A DNA stretch of 55,717 nucleotides from Candidatus Micrarchaeota archaeon (GTDB lineage Archaea > Micrarchaeota > Micrarchaeia > Burarchaeales > Fermentimicrarchaeaceae): NCBI GenBank assembly GCA_026396385.1, contig JAPLWV010000026.1, positions 1 through 55,717 of the forward strand, written 5' to 3'. Shown one piece after another: positions 15,891 through 26,258 of the stretch (the first letter of the stretch is position 1; each line of letters starts with the position of its first letter). Position numbers and translations under genes: made by a program. A model generated the notes under the pieces. That model did not search any database, was not told where the DNA came from, and saw only the letters and a list, made by a program, of their open reading frames with translations.

Positions 15891-15980
15891 GGGCCCGTGG
15901 CGCAGCCTGGATAGCGCGGCAAGAGCAATCCCGTAAGCCTTCTAAGCTGAAGGTCGTGGGTTCAAATCCCACCGGGCCCG
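15891..15980 (+). tRNA. tRNA-Arg(UCU) with a 15-nt non-canonical intron at 29/30 (15922-15936)
   Basis: Cloverleaf GGGCCCG/CGGGCCC; removing AGAGCAATCCCGTAA restores the CAGC-CTTCTAA-GCTG anticodon arm as in the Arg(CCU) paralog. Confidence 0.9.
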
Positions 15981-16028
15981 CTTTTATTTGGAGGGTAGAG
16001 GGAACCGATAGGTTCCTCTGGTGATAAG

Positions 16029-16283
16029 ATGGTAAAGACAAAACTGGAGCAGATAATCTCCTTGATGGAAGAGGTGGAGAGCGACACTTCCATTCCGAGG
16101 AACGTCAGGAAGGCGGTGAGCGACGCGAAGGAAAAGATGAAGAGCGACGAAGTCGAGCTGAGGACGAGGGCGAGCTCTGCCATATACCTGCTGGATGAGG
16201 TGAGCAACGACATAAATATGCCGATGCACGCCCGCACGCAAATCTGGACGCTGATGAGCGCCCTGGAAACCGTGAAAAGCTGA
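16029..16283 (+). CDS. UPF0147 family protein
   Basis: DTSIPRNVR...LDEVSNDINMPMHARTQIW signature. Confidence 0.9.
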   Translation: MVKTKLEQIISLMEEVESDTSIPRNVRKAVSDAKEKMKSDEVELRTRASSAIYLLDEVSNDINMPMHARTQIWTLMSALETVKS

Positions 16284-16288
16284 GCAGA

Positions 16289-17791
16289 ATGAATGACGAG
16301 GAGATTGTGAAATTCTTCGAGAAGGAGGAGGTCTTGCTTAGTCCCGAGGCTGTGGAGTTCCTGAAGGGAAAGGGTGACGATTCTCTTTTGAAGAAGATTC
16401 TGGAGAAGAGGGGGCAGGAGGTTTTCATAAGCAAGGAATTTATTGAGGAGCTGATTGAGGAGGAAAAGAAGATTCCGCTGCCTGCTGTCGAAGTGAAGAG
16501 GGCAAGCGATTTCAAGCCGATAGCAAAGGAGTATTCTGCCGATTTGAAGCTCATGGAGGACTGCGATGTGAGCGGAAGGTGCAACTGCGGCGGAAGCGTT
16601 GAGGATTTCGTGAATCTTTTCAGGGACAGGCTGAAGAGGACCAGAAGGATGCTGGAGATGAGGGTGGGCGCAACAGGCATGAGCAACATGACCGAGCTTG
16701 GCGGATTTGCGAAGGGAAGGGAAGTGAGGATTATCGGCATGGTGACGAGCAAGATTGTCACGAAGAACGGGCATATCCTGATTGAGCTTGAAAGCGAGGA
16801 GGGAGTTGCCAAAGTCCTCGCTTTGAAGTCCGAAAGAGAACCGGAGAGGAGCTGCTTCGAGAAGGCGAACTCCCTTCTGCTTGACGAGGTAATTGCAGTT
16901 GATGGAAGGGCTTCGGAGCCCTTTGTCATGGCAACTGACGTAATATGGCCCGATCTGCCCATAAGGAATGTCCGGGTGATAGACAGGGATTTGTGCATAG
17001 CATTCCTCTCTGACCTGCACATCGGGAGCAGGTTCTTCCTGCAGGAGCATTTCCAGAAGATGCTGGGCTGGCTGAACGGGGAGGCGGGCGGAGAGAATGG
17101 AAAGGAGCTGGTTGGGAGGATAAAATACCTCATCATAGCAGGGGATTTGGTTGACGGAATAGGCATCTATCCAGAGCAGGAGAAGGAGCTCGTGATGAAG
17201 GACATATACGAGCAGTATGACATGCTCCTGAAGTTCATAAGCTCAATACCCGACTACGTAGAAGTGATAATATCGCCAGGCAATCATGATGCTGTGAGAA
17301 GGGCTGAGCCGCAGCCATCAATCTCCAAGGAACTTCTGAAGGCAAATGACGGAAGGATGCACCTCATAGGCAACCCCTCGTTTGTCGAGATAGAGGGATT
17401 CAAGACGCTTGTTTACCACGGCACATCCCTGGACTCCATCATTGCCGGCATATCCGGCATGAGCTACCAGCATCCTGAAAAGCCCATGGTGGAGCTGCTC
17501 AAGAGGAGGAATTTAAGCCCAATATACGGCGAGAATCCTATAGTGCCTGAGAGCAGGGATTATATGCTCATAGAAGAGGTTCCGAACATTGTGCACATGG
17601 GGCACGTGCACAAGAACGGCTATGAAAACTACAAGGGAACTGTCGTGATAAATTCCGGGACCTGGCAGGACCAGACCGACTTCCAGATAAGGCAGGGGCA
17701 TACGCCAAGCCCGTGCGTACTCCCGATTCTCGATTTGAGGAGCGGCAGGATAAATGTTGTCAACTTCCTGAAAAGGGAGGCAGTTGGATGA
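16289..17791 (+). CDS. polB: DNA polymerase D small subunit DP1
   Basis: OB fold plus calcineurin-like motifs SDLHIGS, GDLVDG, PGNHD, YHG, MGHVH. Confidence 0.95.
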   Translation: MNDEEIVKFFEKEEVLLSPEAVEFLKGKGDDSLLKKILEKRGQEVFISKEFIEELIEEEKKIPLPAVEVKRASDFKPIAKEYSADLKLMEDCDVSGRCNCGGSVEDFVNLFRDRLKRTRRMLEMRVGATGMSNMTELGGFAKGREVRIIGMVTSKIVTKNGHILIELESEEGVAKVLALKSEREPERSCFEKANSLLLDEVIAVDGRASEPFVMATDVIWPDLPIRNVRVIDRDLCIAFLSDLHIGSRFFLQEHFQKMLGWLNGEAGGENGKELVGRIKYLIIAGDLVDGIGIYPEQEKELVMKDIYEQYDMLLKFISSIPDYVEVIISPGNHDAVRRAEPQPSISKELLKANDGRMHLIGNPSFVEIEGFKTLVYHGTSLDSIIAGISGMSYQHPEKPMVELLKRRNLSPIYGENPIVPESRDYMLIEEVPNIVHMGHVHKNGYENYKGTVVINSGTWQDQTDFQIRQGHTPSPCVLPILDLRSGRINVVNFLKREAVG

Positions 17792-20700
17792 AGCAGTATT
17801 TCGAAAGTTTGCAGAAGGGATTTGCGGAAGCATTCTCGGTTGCAGAGAAGGCCAGGGCAATGAACTTCGACCCTGACGGCAAGGTGGAGATATTGCCGGC
17901 AGAGGACATAGCCGCAAGGGTTGAGGGCATAGTCGGCCCTCCGGGGATAGCCAAGAGGATAAGGGAGCTGGGAGTGGACAAGAGGAGAGAGGTGCTGGCG
18001 TTCGATATAATGAAGGAGATACTCGAGACCGGCAAAGGCGATAAGGAAAGCGTGATAGAACAGGCCGTTAGAACTGGTGTTGCCATACTCACAGAAGGGG
18101 TGCTGGTTGCGCCAACAGAGGGAATTTCAAGCATAAAAATAAGGAAAAACCCTGACGGTAGCGATTACCTTGGGATGTATTTCGCAGGCCCTATAAGAAG
18201 CGCTGGAGGGACTGTTGCCGGACTGAGCGTTGTGCTTGCCGATTTCGCAAGGAGAAAGTTCAATATTGCAGATTACAGGCCCACCGACACTGAGGTTGAG
18301 AGATATGTTGAGGAGATAGCACTCTACGACGTGAGGGCTGCAAGGCTGCAGTACAGGCCGACTGATGATGAGGTGCGAGTCATAGTAAAGAACTGCCCGG
18401 TGTGTATTGACGGGGAGCCTACAGAAGAATTCGAGGTTTCTGTCCACAAGGATTTGCCGAGAATTGCGACCAACCGCATAAGGGGGGGAATGTGCCTTGT
18501 GATTGGAGAGGGCATAGCGCAGAAAGCCAGCAAGGTGCTGAGGTATACCAAGAGCATAGGTTTGAACTGGAGTTGGCTTGAGGCTTGCGTGAAAGTCCCG
18601 AAGAAGGAGGCTGGGGGGGAGATGAAGCCGAACAGCCTTTATCTTGATGATATAGTTGCGGGCAGGCCCATATTCAGCTATCCTTCCGAGAAGGGGGGTT
18701 TCAGGCTGAGGTACGGCAGGACCAGGATGAGCGGCATTGCCGCAAAGGCAATCCATCCCGCGACAATGGTGTTGCTTGATAACTTCCTCACGATAGGAAC
18801 GCAGATGAAGATTGAGAGGCCTGGGAAAGGGTGCATTGTCACACCCTGCAGCACAATGGAAGGCCCTTTCGTGAAGCTGAAGGGCGGCAGCGTGATGCAG
18901 CTGAAGAGCGCAGAGGAAGCTCAGAAAGTGAAAGATGATGTCGCTTTAATCCTCTCCCTTGGAGACTTACTCATTTCATACGGCGATTTCTACAAGTCAA
19001 ACCATCCTCTCATGCCTGCGGGCTACTGCGAGGAGTTCTGGCACAAAGAACTGGAGAAAAGCGCGAAGGAGAAGGGGGTAGACTCGAAGTCCATCGTCCC
19101 GCAGGAGCTTAGCGGAGAGGATGCATTCAGGATATCTGAAAAGTTTGGAGTGCCACTGCATCCCTCTTACACGTATCTCTGGCACGATATAGACACAAAT
19201 GAGCTGAGGGAGCTGGTGGACTGGCTTGCAGCTGGCAAGCTCACCTACGAGTGGTTCAAGCTGAAGGAGTTGAGGGTGGAGAAAGGAAACGGGAAAGCCG
19301 TTCTGGAGAAGCTGTGCGTGCCCCACAAGGTTGAGGGTGAAACTGTAGTGGTCAGAGAGCATGCATTCACGCTTCTCATGAGCCTTGGGATACTGCAGAA
19401 CAGGAAAATAAGCGCTGAGAAGTTCAACAGCGCATTTTCGAAAGACAAGAAAGTGATGGATATTGTGAGGGAGCTTGCAGGAGTGAAGCTGAGGGAGAAG
19501 GCCCCGGTCTACATTGGGGCCAGGATGGGAAGGCCGGAGAAGGCAAGGGAGAGGAAGATGAAGCCGGCGCCACACATGCTCTTTCCCATTGGGAACTGGG
19601 GCGGGAAGACCAGGGACATAGTGAAAGCATACAAGAAAGCGAAGGAGAACGAGAGGTTTGAGGGAAGAGGGGTTGTTGTTGAGGTCGCCAGGATGGTGTG
19701 CCCCTCGTGCAAGAGGCTCCTCACAAGCAACAAATGCCCATCCTGCGATATGAGAACACTGACTGGAAGGGTGTGCCTGAAGTGCGGAAAGGATGTTGAA
19801 GGAGAGGTCTGCGAGAGATGCAAGACAAGGGCATCCGAGTCAGATTCAAGAGGAGTTAACCTTACAATGCTGGTTGATGAGGCAGTTAAGAAGTGCGGAG
19901 AGCTTCCTGAGGAGATAAAGGGAGTGAAGGGGATGACAAGCAGGAGCAAGATACCTGAGCCCCTTGAGAAGGGAATCCTTAGGGCAAAGCACAATGTTTT
20001 CGTTTTCAAGGATGGAAGCATAAGGTTTGATTCGACAAATGTCCTGCTCACCCATTTCTACCCAAGCGAGATTGGGGTGAGCGTTGAGAAAGTGAAGGAG
20101 CTGGGTTATGAGAAGGATTTTGAGGGCAAGGAGCTGAAGGATGCCAGCCAGCTGGTTGAGCTGAAGCCGCAGGATGTGATAATTTCAGAGAGGGGCGGGG
20201 ACTATCTGACAAGGACTGCGAACTTCATTGATGACCTGCTGGTATACCTCTACGGGCTGCCTCCGTTTTATAATGTCAAGAGCAAGGAGGAGCTGATTGG
20301 AAAACTCATTGTGACCCTCTCACCGCACACCTCTTGCGGAGTGCTCGGCAGGTTGATTGGCTTCACAAAGGCAAATGTGGGGTACGCTCATCCTTACATG
20401 ATCTCCGCCCGTCGCCGTAATTGTGATGGCGACGAGGATTCAATGATGCTTTTGCTTGATGCGCTGATAAACTTCTCCAAAAAATTCCTGCCTGAGAGCA
20501 GAGGAGGGACCATGGATGCCTGCCTCGTTTTGACTACTGTAATCGACCCCAAGGAGGTTGATGATGAAGTGCATGCAATGGAGACGTGCATGGAATACCC
20601 TCTGGAGCTGTACGAGGCGAGCCTGAGGTTTGATAATCCGGGAGAGGTAAAGGTGGAGAAAGTTGTGGACAGGCTGGGCAAGCCCGAACAGTATGTAGGA

Positions 20701-21168
20701 ATAAATTTCACCCACCAGACAGGCTCCCTTCAGAATATCCCGATGGTTAGCAAATACGTAGAGCTGAAGACGATGAGGGAGAAGATAGACGCCCAATTCG
20801 TACTGTCAGAGAAGATACGCGCTGTGAAAGTGAGGGATGCTGCCGAGAGGCTTATACTGAGTCACTTCCTCCCAGACTTGTACGGCAACCTGCGCTCGTT
20901 CTCAAGGCAGATTTTCAGGTGTGTTGGATGCAACAGCAAGTACAGGAGAGTCCCGCTCTCCGGGAAGTGCAGGAGGTGCGGGGGAAAATTGGTTCTCACT
21001 ATATCCAAGGGCGGGATTGAGAAATACCTGAAGATCTCTAAGGAGCTCGTTGACAGGTATGAACTGCCTGCCTACCTGAAGCAGAGGCTCGTGTTGCTTG
21101 ACAGGGATATATGCTCTGTTTTTGGTGATGGAAACAGGAAGCAGTTCAGCCTGGCGGAGTTCATGTAG
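17788..21168 (+). CDS. polC: DNA polymerase D large subunit DP2
   Basis: AGPIRSAGG, GGFRLRYGR, RRRNCDGDED and Zn fingers; start ATG 17788; no intein. Confidence 0.97.
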   Translation: MKQYFESLQKGFAEAFSVAEKARAMNFDPDGKVEILPAEDIAARVEGIVGPPGIAKRIRELGVDKRREVLAFDIMKEILETGKGDKESVIEQAVRTGVAILTEGVLVAPTEGISSIKIRKNPDGSDYLGMYFAGPIRSAGGTVAGLSVVLADFARRKFNIADYRPTDTEVERYVEEIALYDVRAARLQYRPTDDEVRVIVKNCPVCIDGEPTEEFEVSVHKDLPRIATNRIRGGMCLVIGEGIAQKASKVLRYTKSIGLNWSWLEACVKVPKKEAGGEMKPNSLYLDDIVAGRPIFSYPSEKGGFRLRYGRTRMSGIAAKAIHPATMVLLDNFLTIGTQMKIERPGKGCIVTPCSTMEGPFVKLKGGSVMQLKSAEEAQKVKDDVALILSLGDLLISYGDFYKSNHPLMPAGYCEEFWHKELEKSAKEKGVDSKSIVPQELSGEDAFRISEKFGVPLHPSYTYLWHDIDTNELRELVDWLAAGKLTYEWFKLKELRVEKGNGKAVLEKLCVPHKVEGETVVVREHAFTLLMSLGILQNRKISAEKFNSAFSKDKKVMDIVRELAGVKLREKAPVYIGARMGRPEKARERKMKPAPHMLFPIGNWGGKTRDIVKAYKKAKENERFEGRGVVVEVARMVCPSCKRLLTSNKCPSCDMRTLTGRVCLKCGKDVEGEVCERCKTRASESDSRGVNLTMLVDEAVKKCGELPEEIKGVKGMTSRSKIPEPLEKGILRAKHNVFVFKDGSIRFDSTNVLLTHFYPSEIGVSVEKVKELGYEKDFEGKELKDASQLVELKPQDVIISERGGDYLTRTANFIDDLLVYLYGLPPFYNVKSKEELIGKLIVTLSPHTSCGVLGRLIGFTKANVGYAHPYMISARRRNCDGDEDSMMLLLDALINFSKKFLPESRGGTMDACLVLTTVIDPKEVDDEVHAMETCMEYPLELYEASLRFDNPGEVKVEKVVDRLGKPEQYVGINFTHQTGSLQNIPMVSKYVELKTMREKIDAQFVLSEKIRAVKVRDAAERLILSHFLPDLYGNLRSFSRQIFRCVGCNSKYRRVPLSGKCRRCGGKLVLTISKGGIEKYLKISKELVDRYELPAYLKQRLVLLDRDICSVFGDGNRKQFSLAEFM

Positions 21169-21195
21169 GCGAATAACCAGAGCTATGCATCAGAA

Positions 21196-22053
21196 TTAGG
21201 CATGTTCTATATTCCTTCCGTACCAGTATACATACTGCTGTGCGTACCCCGCGTATCCATCCCAGTATTTCCTTGCGAATTCCGCTATTTCCTTGTCGCT
21301 CACATTTTTGTTCTTGAAATACACCTTTCTCATAGTCCTTCTGACCCACACATCTATGGGGAATGATTCCAGCTTTCCATAGGAGAAGAGCAGGACACAA
21401 TCTGCTATCTTCTCGCCGACTCCTTTCATTCTCATTAGCTCCATCCTGCCCTCGTTGTAGCTCATGTCAGCTATGCAGCTCAGGTCTATTCTGCCGGAGC
21501 ATGCTTTTGCAGCGTTCTTCAGATACTCCGCCCTGAAGCCAAGCTTGCACTGCTTCAGAGATTTAAGATTGACTTGAGAAAGGGAAAGGGCATCTGGGAA
21601 GCGGTAGAAACTCTCTCCCTCTACCTCAATTTTTTCCCCAAAAGTGCGGGAGAGGTTTCCTACTATGCATTTTATGTTTCTCAGATTGTTGTTTGTTGAG
21701 CAGATGAATGATGCTAGAGTCTCCCAGGGGTCTGAGAGAGTAAGCCGTAACCCATAGAATTCTGCAATTGCCTTTAGCATGAATTCGTCCTTTATGAGCC
21801 TCCTGTAGATGAGCTTCATGTCATCCTTCAGCCTGAACCTGTCCTCAACAACCTCTCTTATTTCCTCCTCGCTTGTATCTCCCTTCCACTCAACATTCAA
21901 TTCATACTTATTCTGCTGGAGCGATACAATAGCTCCTTCAACCAGAAAACGTGCTGCTCCCTTTTCGTAGCTCATGAGGAAAAACGGGGGCTGCCCACTG
22001 AGCATTGTATGTTCAAGGCTGAAACAGCTTACTGGAATGGTTATGGCAGGCAT
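21196..22053 (-). CDS. 8-oxoguanine DNA glycosylase (Ogg1-like, HhH-GPD)
   Basis: SGQ, DPWETLASFICS.NN, GVGEKIADCV, FPIDVW, AGYAQQY. Confidence 0.9.
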   Translation of the reverse strand: MPAITIPVSCFSLEHTMLSGQPPFFLMSYEKGAARFLVEGAIVSLQQNKYELNVEWKGDTSEEEIREVVEDRFRLKDDMKLIYRRLIKDEFMLKAIAEFYGLRLTLSDPWETLASFICSTNNNLRNIKCIVGNLSRTFGEKIEVEGESFYRFPDALSLSQVNLKSLKQCKLGFRAEYLKNAAKACSGRIDLSCIADMSYNEGRMELMRMKGVGEKIADCVLLFSYGKLESFPIDVWVRRTMRKVYFKNKNVSDKEIAEFARKYWDGYAGYAQQYVYWYGRNIEHA

Positions 22054-23540
22054 ACTACATTACCTTCTGAGAGGGAGTGTAACTTTTCCGGGAGAGTCTT
22101 CGAATCCTCCCTGCTCTGCTTGCCATCATTTCTGAAACGTATTGTGACAGTTCCATCCTTCAGGGTATCATAATCCACTGTCAAGCAGTAGGGCACTCCT
22201 ATCTCATCTGCCCTTGCGTATCTCTTGCCTATGCTCCCTGTTTCATCATAGATTACATCAAAACCTTTTTCTCTGAGTGAGTTTGCAATTTCGGATGCTC
22301 TCTCGCTCAGCCCATCCTTCTTCATGAGAGGAAGCACAGCAACTTCAAAAGGTGAGATGAAAGCTGGGAAGTCGAACCATTCCCAATCCCTTCTTTCAGC
22401 ACCGCCCCCTTCCCTGTAGCAGTACTCGAGCATGCACATTATAGTCCTGTCAACTCCAAAGCTTGGCTCAACTACGTGGGGTATGACCCTGCTCCCATCC
22501 TCAAGCAGAACAGACAAATCCTTGCCGCTTGACTGTGAATGGCTCTTCAGGTCATAATCTGTCCGGTAGGCATTGCCTATAACCTCAACCCACCCCACGG
22601 ATGTTTTCACTTCCAAGTCCACATTCCCTCCCGAGTAGTGAGGAGTCTCCTCAGGAAGCATGTGTCTGAAACGCAGCACGTCATATGGTATTCTCAGTTT
22701 CATGTAGAACTGCATCTCCCTTGCCATGAAATACGCCATTATCTCGTTTGGAACGAGCTTCCTCTCGACAGCCTCCTTTGCAGTGAGCTCTATGCACTTC
22801 TCGCTTCCCTTCTTCTGCTCCTCCCTTGTGTATATTATGAACTTCTCATTCTCAACCTCCTTGAATCTCGGGTGCTTTGGCGAACTTGGGTTGAAGAAAT
22901 ACTCAAGCTCCATCTGGCTGAACTCCCTCAGCCTCACAAGCCCCTGCCTCGGGGATATCTCATTCCTGAAGGATTTTCCGATCTGGGCTATTCCCATGGG
23001 CAGCTTTGATCCATGGCTCCTGAATACTCTTTGGAAATCAAGGAATATTCCCTGCGCTGTCTCAGGCCTTATGTAGCCGGTAGTCCCCTCTGTTGGACCT
23101 ATGTTTGTTTTGAACATGAGGTTGAACCAGCCCACATCCCCAAGGGGACCTCTGCACTCTGGACACACAATTTTCTTTTCCTTCATCTCTTTTGTGAGCT
23201 GCTCGGGCTTCATTCCCCCGCACGTGAAATTCCCCTTCTCCTCAAGCAGATGGTCGGCTCTGAATTTCTTCCCGCATTTTGAGCAGCCTACCACGGGGTC
23301 ACCGAAGCAGGAGAGATGCCCGGATGCTTTGAGAACAGCTTCTGGCAGGATATAAACAGTTTCTATTTCAAAGTTCCCCTCCCTTCTAAGGAAGAGGTCC
23401 CTCCAGCAGTCCTCAATCTTCCTCTTCAAAGCCTTTCCCACAGGCCCGTAGTCATAGAACCCCCCTACAGGCGAGTAGAGCTCATTGGAAGGAATCAATA
23501 TCGAACGCTTGAGCGCTATTTCCATCACTTTCTGCATCAT
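22041..23540 (-). CDS. glyS: Glycyl-tRNA synthetase
   Basis: GFYDYGP, RPETAQGIF, FRNEISPRQGLVRLREF, VVEPSFGVDR. Confidence 0.96.
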   Translation of the reverse strand: MMQKVMEIALKRSILIPSNELYSPVGGFYDYGPVGKALKRKIEDCWRDLFLRREGNFEIETVYILPEAVLKASGHLSCFGDPVVGCSKCGKKFRADHLLEEKGNFTCGGMKPEQLTKEMKEKKIVCPECRGPLGDVGWFNLMFKTNIGPTEGTTGYIRPETAQGIFLDFQRVFRSHGSKLPMGIAQIGKSFRNEISPRQGLVRLREFSQMELEYFFNPSSPKHPRFKEVENEKFIIYTREEQKKGSEKCIELTAKEAVERKLVPNEIMAYFMAREMQFYMKLRIPYDVLRFRHMLPEETPHYSGGNVDLEVKTSVGWVEVIGNAYRTDYDLKSHSQSSGKDLSVLLEDGSRVIPHVVEPSFGVDRTIMCMLEYCYREGGGAERRDWEWFDFPAFISPFEVAVLPLMKKDGLSERASEIANSLREKGFDVIYDETGSIGKRYARADEIGVPYCLTVDYDTLKDGTVTIRFRNDGKQSREDSKTLPEKLHSLSEGNVVCLP

Positions 23541-23609
23541 GCAATCATCCGAGTTGATTAGACATGAGAAAATAGATAAAGATTAGCGTTTAAATATTCC
23601 GTAGGTGAT

Positions 23610-24389
23610 TTGATGGGACGGGAAGAATTTCTTGAGAAGGCTAGGGCGGGCGTCAAGGAAGCTTATCTTGAAAAGGACAGGCAACTCATTCAATGCGTCA
23701 ATGCTATAGATGAGATAGACAAGACGAGCAACCTGCTTTTCGAAAGGCTGCAGGAGTGGTACGGAATTTATTTTCCAGAACTCAGAGTGAAGGAGCCCGA
23801 GAAATACTGCGAACTTGTGCTTAGAATCGATAGGAAGAGTATTAACAGGGAGGAGCTTTCCAGGATAGTTGGCGAGGAGAGCGCAAATGTCATTGCCGAG
23901 AAAGCTGGGAGGAGCATGGGAGTTGATTTGGGCGATAATGATTTGGGTGAGATAAGAAAGCTTGCAAAAGAAATTCTGAATCTGCAGTCAATGAGAAGCT
24001 CATTTGAGAAGTACGAAACAGGGTTTGCGAAGGGACTCTGCCCCAATCTAACCTATCTGATTGAGGCTCCGCTTGCTGCGAAGCTCATAGCCCATGCCGG
24101 AAGTCTGAGGAGGCTTGCGAATATGCCTGCAAGCACAATTCAGGTGCTGGGGGCTGAGAAGGCTCTTTTCAAGCACTTGAGAAATCACACGAGACCACCA
24201 AAGCACGGCATTCTCTTCCAGCACCCATGGGTGAACTCCGCACCAAAGAAGGAAAGGGGGAGAATAGCACGGCTGCTCTCAACAAAGATAGCAATTGCCC
24301 TTAAAGGTGACTTCTACTCAAAGAATTTCATTGCGGATAGGCTTAAGGTAGACTTGGACAGAAGGATGGAAGAGATAAGAAAGGGATAG
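23610..24389 (+). CDS. nop5: Nop5/Nop56 C/D-box sRNP protein (short form)
   Basis: EWYGIYFPEL, PASTIQVLGAEKALF, PKHGILFQHP. Confidence 0.92.
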   Translation: MMGREEFLEKARAGVKEAYLEKDRQLIQCVNAIDEIDKTSNLLFERLQEWYGIYFPELRVKEPEKYCELVLRIDRKSINREELSRIVGEESANVIAEKAGRSMGVDLGDNDLGEIRKLAKEILNLQSMRSSFEKYETGFAKGLCPNLTYLIEAPLAAKLIAHAGSLRRLANMPASTIQVLGAEKALFKHLRNHTRPPKHGILFQHPWVNSAPKKERGRIARLLSTKIAIALKGDFYSKNFIADRLKVDLDRRMEEIRKG

Positions 24390-24391
24390 GA

Positions 24392-25045
24392 ATGAGGATA
24401 CTTGCTCTTTCTGACTTGCACAGTGAGGGGACAGTACTGGAAGGCCTGAAGAACCTGCTTGACAAGGAGAGGTTTGACTTGGTCATAATTGCAGGCGATA
24501 TAACGCAGAGAGGACCTCTCTCATACGCAGAGGACTTGCTTGACGTGCTGAGAGGAGAGAAAGTTCTGGCGATACACGGGAATATGGACACGCGGCAGGT
24601 TATTGACTTGCTGGAGAGAAATGGGTTTTTCTTCCATCTGAGCAAAGTGGAGGTGGGAGAATGGAATTTTGTAGGATTTGGCGGCAGCAGCCCAACTCCT
24701 TTCGGGACTCCAATTGAGTATGAGGAAAAGCAGATCTATGATGAGCTGAGCAAGTTTAGAATGAGTTCAAAAACAATTCTTGTTACCCATTCCCCTCCTT
24801 ATAATTCTGGTATTGACAAAACATCTGCCGGTGTGATCGCAGGCAGCAAGTCAATAAGGAGAATCATTGAGGAAAAGAAGCCGTTCATGGATATATGCGG
24901 ACATATTCACGAGGGGGGCGGGGAAGTGATGATTGGGAACACGAAGGTTATCAAGGTACCACCTGCAATGGAGGGAAAGGCAGTTGAGATAGAGCTGGGG
25001 AATAATGTTGCTACGAGAATCATCCAACTAGCTACTTTTTACTGA
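24392..25045 (+). CDS. Calcineurin-like metallophosphoesterase
   Basis: SDLH, AGDIT, GNMD, THSPP, CGHIHE. Confidence 0.9.
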   Translation: MRILALSDLHSEGTVLEGLKNLLDKERFDLVIIAGDITQRGPLSYAEDLLDVLRGEKVLAIHGNMDTRQVIDLLERNGFFFHLSKVEVGEWNFVGFGGSSPTPFGTPIEYEEKQIYDELSKFRMSSKTILVTHSPPYNSGIDKTSAGVIAGSKSIRRIIEEKKPFMDICGHIHEGGGEVMIGNTKVIKVPPAMEGKAVEIELGNNVATRIIQLATFY

Positions 25046-26247
25046 AGAACCCCAAACCCGCACAGCCTCCATCGCTGGCCTACCTTTCTGCTTATGGCTA
25101 TTTTGCCTTTCTTTTCAGCACACACGGGTCTCTTTAAGGCTACAGTCATCACATTCTTCTTTATCTTCTGAACGAATCCCACCGAAGTCGAGGTGCCAAT
25201 TCCCAGCACGAGAGGCTCGTTAAGCTTGAAGGGCGGGTTCTCCATGTCCGGCCTCTTGAGAATGTGGAATTCAATTTCAATGATATTGCTCGTCTCGGGG
25301 AGTGTTCCAATCTTCCCAAGGATGTTGCCCACAAGAGTATCCGCCTTTGTAAGGGAGGGGTCAAGCCCTGTGCCAACTGCCATGAGCCCACCGGGAACTG
25401 CGCTCCCCAGCCTCTCCTTTCCTGCACTGAGAGCAGTAACTTTGGAGGTTATAGCCTCGTAAACCTCCTTGTCCTTCTCCCCTTTTGAAACTCCAGGCCT
25501 TATCTCAATTTCGTCATTGCACTTCAGCTCTCCCTGTATGAGGGAACCTCCCACAACCCCCCCAACAAGCTTGTTTATTTCAGTACCCGGTCTGTTCACG
25601 TCAAATGAGCGAGCTATGTACATCCTGGGCGATGCCTCCAAATTCCTTTTTGGAGTTGGAATGTGCTTCTGTATCTCCCCAATCAGCACGTCCATGTTGA
25701 GGCAGTAGTTAGCAACGAAAGGGATTATGGGTGCCTTCTCCGCGATTGTCCCCTTCACAAAGCTCGTTATCTGCTCGTAATTCGCCTTTGCTTTTGCCTT
25801 GTCTACCAGATCTACCTTGTTCTGCACTATGACGATGTTCTTCACTCCAAGAATGTCAAGAATCATCATATGCTCAAGCGTCTGCGGCTGGGGGCACTCC
25901 TCGTTTGCAGCTATGACAAGTATGGCACCATCTATAATGGTTGAAGCTGCAATTGCAGTTGCCATAAGCGTCTCGTGGCCTGGCGCATCAAGGAAAGAAA
26001 CCCTTCTGAGAATCTCGGATGCGGCACCGCATTTCGGGCATTTCTCCTCAGTGGTGAATGCCTCGGGCTCCGGGCATTGGGGGCATTTCCTGAAAACAGC
26101 ATCCGCGTAACCCAATTTTATGGTTATGCCCCTCCTCTTCTCCTCGCTGTGAACCAGAGTCCAAACTCCTGTCAAGCACCTTACAACAGATGTTTTGCCA
26201 TGCTCCACATGACCAAGAAGACCTATGTTAACTTCAGCCTGACCCAA
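25039..26247 (-). CDS. eif2g: Translation initiation factor 2 gamma subunit
   Basis: GHVEHGKT, RGITIKLGYA, Zn knuckle, DAPGHE, QNKVD, RSFDVNRPG. Confidence 0.96.
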   Translation of the reverse strand: MGQAEVNIGLLGHVEHGKTSVVRCLTGVWTLVHSEEKRRGITIKLGYADAVFRKCPQCPEPEAFTTEEKCPKCGAASEILRRVSFLDAPGHETLMATAIAASTIIDGAILVIAANEECPQPQTLEHMMILDILGVKNIVIVQNKVDLVDKAKAKANYEQITSFVKGTIAEKAPIIPFVANYCLNMDVLIGEIQKHIPTPKRNLEASPRMYIARSFDVNRPGTEINKLVGGVVGGSLIQGELKCNDEIEIRPGVSKGEKDKEVYEAITSKVTALSAGKERLGSAVPGGLMAVGTGLDPSLTKADTLVGNILGKIGTLPETSNIIEIEFHILKRPDMENPPFKLNEPLVLGIGTSTSVGFVQKIKKNVMTVALKRPVCAEKKGKIAISRKVGQRWRLCGFGVLQ

Positions 26248-26258
26248 TCAACCACCGC

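Noticed and set aside
15941..15980. Similarity of the tRNA-Arg 3' half to 39532-39571 and 44115-44140 as an att-site duplication
   Set aside because: Each copy belongs to a complete tRNA gene; this is ordinary paralogy
17788..21168. Inteins in DP2 (also checked by eye in MCM and aIF5B)
   Set aside because: Conserved motifs are contiguous and lengths are normal
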